From: an uncultured Oligoflexus sp.
Lineage (GTDB): Bacteria; Bdellovibrionota_B; Oligoflexia; Oligoflexales; Oligoflexaceae
NCBI GenBank assembly: GCA_964236955.1
Contig: CAXSGP010000002.1
Location: 56,038 to 120,037, forward strand
Reading direction: 5' to 3'
Length of the DNA stretch: 64,000 bases
Of the stretch, positions 58,809 through 64,000 are shown piece by piece. Position 1 is the first letter of the stretch; every line of letters starts with the position of its first letter. A model generated the notes under the pieces. That model had not been told where the DNA came from, did no database searches, and saw nothing but the letters and a program-made list of their open reading frames with translations. Both the position numbers and the translations under genes were made by a program.

Positions 58809-60542
58809 ATGAAAAGCTTCCTTTTAGTATCCCTCCTGCTGTCGTTAACAGCCTGTAATCGGGCTAAACAAAAGGGAAATGATAGTGGCGACACGGCAGG
58901 CGCCAAGGTCGAAAACAATAGGGCTCAGCAGCCTATTGTCCCAAGCGCCAAGGAAACAACCGAGGAATTCCGCAATATTTTCTATAGCTACGCAAACAGT
59001 AAGTTTTCGAAAGAAGAGGTACAAAAGCTCGTCTATCTGCCCCCTGCCGATGTCTTGGCTCTTCGCGGTCAGGGCAGTGACCCCGCTCAACGGCTGAAAA
59101 CTCTGGGTGAGGCCAGTTCTCTATTCAAACCGTCGCAGCTCTACGACTATGGCAAGTCGGTGGATTTGCAAGAAATCGCCTCGGTGGATTCTATTTTTGC
59201 AAAAAACGGCCCCATTACGATCGTCGTCGTTCCGGGAATATTCAGCGAATTTGTGGAGAGCTATAATTTCTACGAGATGATAGAAAACAGCAAAAGCGCA
59301 CTCTCGATCCGATACCAAAGCGCCTTGTCCGATGCAAAAGACAGCAGCCTGAAGGTGGATAGCAGCTTTGACTTCGAAGGCTTTGGGTATAAAGATGTAC
59401 CGATGGGGAAGCTGATCAGGGCAGCTAGCTACGACGATGCCAATGGCAAGCCTCTCATTCAAGTCGTAGTCCTCCGCACTTTGCCATTCTCCGGAGAATC
59501 GGTCGGCAGTCTCGAAGAAAACTCGACGATTTTCCTTCGCCGTATGGAAAAATTCTTTACTTTGGTAGGCGAGCCGGAAAATCTCTATATCCTTGGTTAT
59601 TCCCGAGGCGCTTCGGTCGCCTTGCAGATGATCGTTGATCTGCAGGCGAAGGAATTAGCCTGGAAAAATAAGCTTCGAGGCATGATCAGTCTCGGCGGCG
59701 TGCTTTACGGGGCCGCCCTCGCCGATGCCGCCTTTGATCCGGCTGATCCCTTGCAAGCGATCGCGGCTCGTATTAAGGACCTGTCGGATAGCTTGGAATT
59801 ACCGGCTGCCGATTCCACCACAGCTTCGACTTTGGCTAAAGCGACAAGGAACAGTGGCCGTTGGGTAGCGGCATCAGCGGAAGTCGCAGCAAAGGTTTTG
59901 AAGCTACCCCTGAATCCCGGTTTAAAACTGGAAAATATTTCATCGACAAGGCCTCAACTTGATGCCAATGTCCGTATGTTGAAAGAGATCGCTTTTGATA
60001 GGTTTAACCTCTCCGACACAGGTATAAGCGAGTATTTTTTGAATATAAAAAAATTCAAATGGATACTTGACAGGGCCTTTCAGGGCATCGAAGGGCTTTC
60101 CACCAAAGCCCGCATCGCGTGGTGGAAAACCCATACCGTCCCTAGCAATATCAAATACTATTCCCTTTCGGGAGTGATGGGCGACGTGTCGAGCGAAAGC
60201 ACCGGCGTCTGGGATATCGCTTCGAATAGCCTCGCCTACAATAGCAAGGCGCTCGATTTCCTGTCTCTTCGCATCAGCTATTACCAACTCTTCAGGGTCA
60301 GCAAAAATCAGTTAACTGACAGCCAGGTCTCGGTCGACCGCTCGCGGTTTGTCATGGAAACAAATAAAATTTTGAATCCAAATCAAGACGATTTCCCAAC
60401 CTACTATATGGGAATTCTAGGGGTGGATCACTGGGGCATGTCGTTTCCCTATGCGACGGTGACAAAGAACGAGGATCAAAGTCCCTTCCCGCGCAGCATT
60501 CTTATTCAGTCCATTGGAAACTTTGTTGCGCGTCATCAATAG
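58809..60542 (+). CDS. Lipoprotein alpha/beta hydrolase (lipase/esterase-like)
   Basis: Lipobox LTAC; VVPGIF oxyanion-like motif, GYSRG nucleophile elbow, candidate Asp (TDSQV) and His (DHWG). Confidence 0.78.
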   Translation: MKSFLLVSLLLSLTACNRAKQKGNDSGDTAGAKVENNRAQQPIVPSAKETTEEFRNIFYSYANSKFSKEEVQKLVYLPPADVLALRGQGSDPAQRLKTLGEASSLFKPSQLYDYGKSVDLQEIASVDSIFAKNGPITIVVVPGIFSEFVESYNFYEMIENSKSALSIRYQSALSDAKDSSLKVDSSFDFEGFGYKDVPMGKLIRAASYDDANGKPLIQVVVLRTLPFSGESVGSLEENSTIFLRRMEKFFTLVGEPENLYILGYSRGASVALQMIVDLQAKELAWKNKLRGMISLGGVLYGAALADAAFDPADPLQAIAARIKDLSDSLELPAADSTTASTLAKATRNSGRWVAASAEVAAKVLKLPLNPGLKLENISSTRPQLDANVRMLKEIAFDRFNLSDTGISEYFLNIKKFKWILDRAFQGIEGLSTKARIAWWKTHTVPSNIKYYSLSGVMGDVSSESTGVWDIASNSLAYNSKALDFLSLRISYYQLFRVSKNQLTDSQVSVDRSRFVMETNKILNPNQDDFPTYYMGILGVDHWGMSFPYATVTKNEDQSPFPRSILIQSIGNFVARHQ

Positions 60543-60668
60543 CGGGCCGAGGCATTCGATCCTCAAGGCTCCTGGCTATTGCCTGGCATCCATCGAGATT
60601 CCAAAGCCAGCGCTAATCAATCGACGGGAGCTGCCAGCGCCTTCTTTCGAAGAGGGCGCTAGGCTGCC

Positions 60669-63530
60669 CTATTTAATGCTGTTTTTCCAGACGGCGACCG
60701 TCGTGTTACCCGGGGACACTTTTTCAATCCCAAATACTGAGGCATCGATCACAGTAGCAGCCTCAAAGCTCAACGAATGATTGGCGTCTTTCCTATACCC
60801 CTGCTCAACCCAATTTAAGCACTGATCGTCACTCATCCTCAACTCATCCATCCCTAAAAGATAGCAAGTGCTGTCTTTAAAGTAGGCTGAACCCGATGTT
60901 TCATTTATTCTCGATGAACCAGCAGCGGATTTGATGTCCTTAGCATAGAGGACCCCATCCTGATCGAGAGTGACAAGCCTGTCGCCATAGAGACGGGCGT
61001 TTTTTACGGGATGGAGAAGGTCAGTCCTCACGACCGTCCAATTGGCTCCTGAATCTTTGGAGATATAAACCATTCCCTTCAGGGACCCGGCGATGATTTG
61101 AGCACCCTGCACATCGATGGAACTCAAGCCTCCAGAGAGGTTTTGGATAGCGAGATTTTTCCAGTTGGCGCCAAAGTCGGTAGTATAGGATAGTCCATTG
61201 GCAGAGGCAATATAGATGGCCCCGTTCTGCACAGAGTAATCATTTATCAAGGGAGCCCCCACGTTCTCTGGCACGATCGTCCACGTGTTGCTATTATCCT
61301 TGGAAACAGCCAAACCTCGTGCCGTCGAAATATAGTAAAGGACGCCGTCCTTTACCACTTTATAACTATCGTTACTGGGCAGTCCACTGCCCTTAGAATA
61401 GTATCGCCAGCCTTGGGTCGTAAATGAGTAGATATAGAGTCCCGTATTCGAGGACAGAAACAAAAGATCGTCATACCCGCTCAGGGCATTGCCATGAAAA
61501 TTGGTATAATTGTGAATCAGCGATTTCCCGGCATCGTGAGAGGTGAAGAATTCCTGTCCATTCCCAACAACTACCCAGTTGTCACGGCTTACCGCCACAC
61601 TCTTGGCTGCGCCCCGATAGGGAAAGCTTGCGTTCTCGTCGAGCCAGATTTTGCCGCCGTCGACGGAATAAAAGAGACCACGGTCGGTGCCAACGAAGAT
61701 TTGCTCATCAGAAACATGAATACTTTTAATAACATGCATGTCAGCATCGTCGGAAAAAAAGAGCGGTATCCAGGTAGTCCCGTCATCAATGCTAGAACAG
61801 ATATAATTCGAAGCGGAACCGCAGACCGCAAATATTTTCCCTCCAAGAAGCTCCAGCGTGTGCCCCTGGCTACCCTCCAAACCATTCTTGGAGTCGAGGA
61901 TTTTCCAGCTCACGCCCTGGTCGCTGGAAACGTATATACCAAGTTTTGAGGAGACAAAGATATTACCATTATGGGCCATAATGGAACTCGGCAATGTTGC
62001 GCTGATTTCCGGAAACCTCTGAATGACTTGGGTCCAGCTTGCGCCGTCATCCTTCGATAGGGCAACACCAACGTTTGAAAGTGCGTAGATAGTGCCATTT
62101 TCAGCGTAAACATCGATCAGCGGGTTTGCTGCCGAACTGTTGCTGTTGGTCCTCTTGACAACCCAACTCTCGCCGAGGTTATTTGAAATATAGAGGCCGT
62201 CATCCGTTGCAAGATAGATGATCCTGCCATCGCAATGAACATTATTGATTTTTGCGAATGCCTTGATAAACTGCCAGGAATCGCCTGCGTCCTGTGAAAG
62301 ATATAACTTTTCATCGGCAATGCCAAAAAACCTCCCTTCAGCTCGAAAGACTCTTTGCAAGCCCTTGTCAAAGGGATGAAGGGCGCCCGTAACAATATTA
62401 AACTCAGAAACCTGAGAGTAGGTCCCGCCAGCTAGCAGGCCAAGCGAAGTACAGGCCGACTCAATACCCGTCTCGCTCCTGAGTTTCAGGTATACCCTTG
62501 ATAGTCCATTGCCGTTGATAAGGGGCCAGCCTAAGATTACCGAATTAAAAGTTTCCCAGATTCCGCCTGCCGCGCATCCTTCTAAGTTCGTTAGGTACAT
62601 TAGCGAGGCATTTTTTGCGAGAATAGAAAGATCAGCAGTTGCCTGCTGAATCCTGGTACTCGATAAAGTCACCAGAGTTGGTGGCTCATTTGCCAATGCT
62701 TCGCTCGCAAAATTACACTCGGGCGAAACATTGCCGATATTGCTAGCCTTGATTCCTGATGGGGCTGAAAAACCGGTGTTGCCGATTGGCGTTTCCGCGG
62801 ACAGTGCATAATAGTAGAATTCACCAGTCTTTAAGCTTCCTCCCGCCGTAGAATCATTTCGATGCAGCCAACAGTTTTTGTTGGCTGAAATATTAGTTTC
62901 GATATGAATGTCGGGACTTCCCTTGATAAACCACCTTAGAGTATAAGAAAGGGCACCGCTAACAGGCATCCAACTTACCTTTGAAACATTCGCCCCGGCT
63001 GATAAGGCAATGATCTTTGGAATTCTATTCTCCTGGCTAAAGGTGGTGAACGGCAGGGGATGGCTGGACGTAAAGCTTTCGCCTTCAGCATTGACAATAC
63101 CAGCCAGACTAAGCTCGCATAGGTCTTCGTTGGGCAGCCCCCTGGAGAGGTTTATTTCAAGACTGGATCCATTGACCACCAAGGTCCTGGGTACGATTCC
63201 ATTGGATAGGCTTGCCATCTTAGAGCAGGTTAAAACCACCTGATTTAAACTCAATGGGGATGGTTTCAAAATACTGTTAAATTTTAAGACCAGCTGTCGC
63301 GAATCGGGCGATATAGGACTTCCATCCAGCACGGGCTCCGTTCGCAGAAGTTTGAGCCCTACACTGGGTAGGGGAACAGCAGCCGGCGTCTGATCGGAAG
63401 TAACCGGTGTCGGCTCTATTTTGCTTGCGATCGATTTTACTGCTGCTTCATCATCGGGAACGCCCTTTTTCTTACACGATGGAAAGAATGCAAAGGCAAT
63501 CACCATTCCTGTAAGCAAGTAGCAACGCAT
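60669..63530 (-). CDS. Large lipoprotein with Ig/FN3-like domains and Asp-box (BNR) beta-propeller
   Basis: Lipobox-like FPSC; about 10 S-x-D-x-G-x-x-W repeats (SQDAGDSW, SKDDGASW, SSDQGVSW, SIDDGTTW, TTDFGANW, SKDSGANW); FN3-like SWMPVSGALSYTL..YYYALSA. Confidence 0.82.
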   Translation of the reverse strand: MRCYLLTGMVIAFAFFPSCKKKGVPDDEAAVKSIASKIEPTPVTSDQTPAAVPLPSVGLKLLRTEPVLDGSPISPDSRQLVLKFNSILKPSPLSLNQVVLTCSKMASLSNGIVPRTLVVNGSSLEINLSRGLPNEDLCELSLAGIVNAEGESFTSSHPLPFTTFSQENRIPKIIALSAGANVSKVSWMPVSGALSYTLRWFIKGSPDIHIETNISANKNCWLHRNDSTAGGSLKTGEFYYYALSAETPIGNTGFSAPSGIKASNIGNVSPECNFASEALANEPPTLVTLSSTRIQQATADLSILAKNASLMYLTNLEGCAAGGIWETFNSVILGWPLINGNGLSRVYLKLRSETGIESACTSLGLLAGGTYSQVSEFNIVTGALHPFDKGLQRVFRAEGRFFGIADEKLYLSQDAGDSWQFIKAFAKINNVHCDGRIIYLATDDGLYISNNLGESWVVKRTNSNSSAANPLIDVYAENGTIYALSNVGVALSKDDGASWTQVIQRFPEISATLPSSIMAHNGNIFVSSKLGIYVSSDQGVSWKILDSKNGLEGSQGHTLELLGGKIFAVCGSASNYICSSIDDGTTWIPLFFSDDADMHVIKSIHVSDEQIFVGTDRGLFYSVDGGKIWLDENASFPYRGAAKSVAVSRDNWVVVGNGQEFFTSHDAGKSLIHNYTNFHGNALSGYDDLLFLSSNTGLYIYSFTTQGWRYYSKGSGLPSNDSYKVVKDGVLYYISTARGLAVSKDNSNTWTIVPENVGAPLINDYSVQNGAIYIASANGLSYTTDFGANWKNLAIQNLSGGLSSIDVQGAQIIAGSLKGMVYISKDSGANWTVVRTDLLHPVKNARLYGDRLVTLDQDGVLYAKDIKSAAGSSRINETSGSAYFKDSTCYLLGMDELRMSDDQCLNWVEQGYRKDANHSLSFEAATVIDASVFGIEKVSPGNTTVAVWKNSIK

Positions 63531-64000
63531 CGGTTTTCACTTTCCTGAATAATAGTTGAGTGCTTCCCTGTTCGGTCGACTTCCTCATGGGGTTAACTTT
63601 TTTCATTCCTTATCTCTTTTTTAGGATTGAAATGATTCGAAAATGAGTGAATTGGGAGCGCATCCCCCCTGCCGCAGGTGTAGCTCCTGCCGATTTTTTG
63701 AAAACAAAGACGAAAGCTTTCCCTATTGCGCCCTTGGCCGGCGGATTGGGTGCTCTATCGATGCAGGTTCGTGGGATAAGGCGACGGTTGGTCTAAGGGA
63801 TCAAAGAGATCCCGCAGGCTATTCTGCGGCCTTGCTTGCCAGTTGTCGAAAATTTTTACACCTTGCAGGAATATCCTCTAAGGTCCTGATTCGATCGATG
63901 TCTGTCCAAAAAGCAGAGGTTTTAGGGTGCTTACTTTTTTGAATCGGGACTCGCTGTGATCAAAAACCAAAGACTCAGCCAACCCCGAAATGGTGTTAAA

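Noticed and set aside
1..64000. rRNA, tRNA, CRISPR array, transposase/integrase, prophage or defence genes
   Set aside because: None recognised by eye; small RNAs could be missed without covariance-model searches

Overview
Gene-dense bacterial chromosomal window. Gene order and content suggest Bdellovibrionota/Oligoflexia or a former-Deltaproteobacteria relative (inference). Left third: a housekeeping block on the minus strand (tilS, ftsH-folP, cdaA-cdaR-glmM-pdxJ-tsaE-ALDH7), then a flagellin with a long structured leader, a GspC-like PDZ protein, fadD, cinA-lolA, a PocR/sigma-54 activator, and a minus-strand run of a degenerate TrpC-like gene, purM, pyrB, a nitrilase and an RNase Z-like gene. 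Middle: OmpA-family, agmatine/peptidyl-arginine deiminase, SET-domain, YegD-type Hsp70, ATP-grasp and CoA-binding genes; a carotenoid operon (crtY-crtE-crtI-crtB-unknown membrane protein-GT2); a KaiC-like ATPase with a hybrid kinase; and a type III PKS-membrane protein-UbiG-like methyltransferase cluster. Right third: peptidases, a decayed FrnE/DsbA gene, a REC-TPR/CheA-like pair and many orphan lipoproteins (ice-binding DUF3494, Asp-box propeller, lipase-like), several behind sigma-28-like promoters. Best candidate for something new: the unannotated membrane proteins of the carotenoid and PKS clusters share a duplicated D-[DE]-x2-3-H...E-x3-H motif, suggesting an uncharacterised membrane metal-dependent hydroxylase family used in both pathways. 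No rRNA, tRNA, CRISPR array or transposase was recognised. All calls were made by eye from motifs; no database searches were run.
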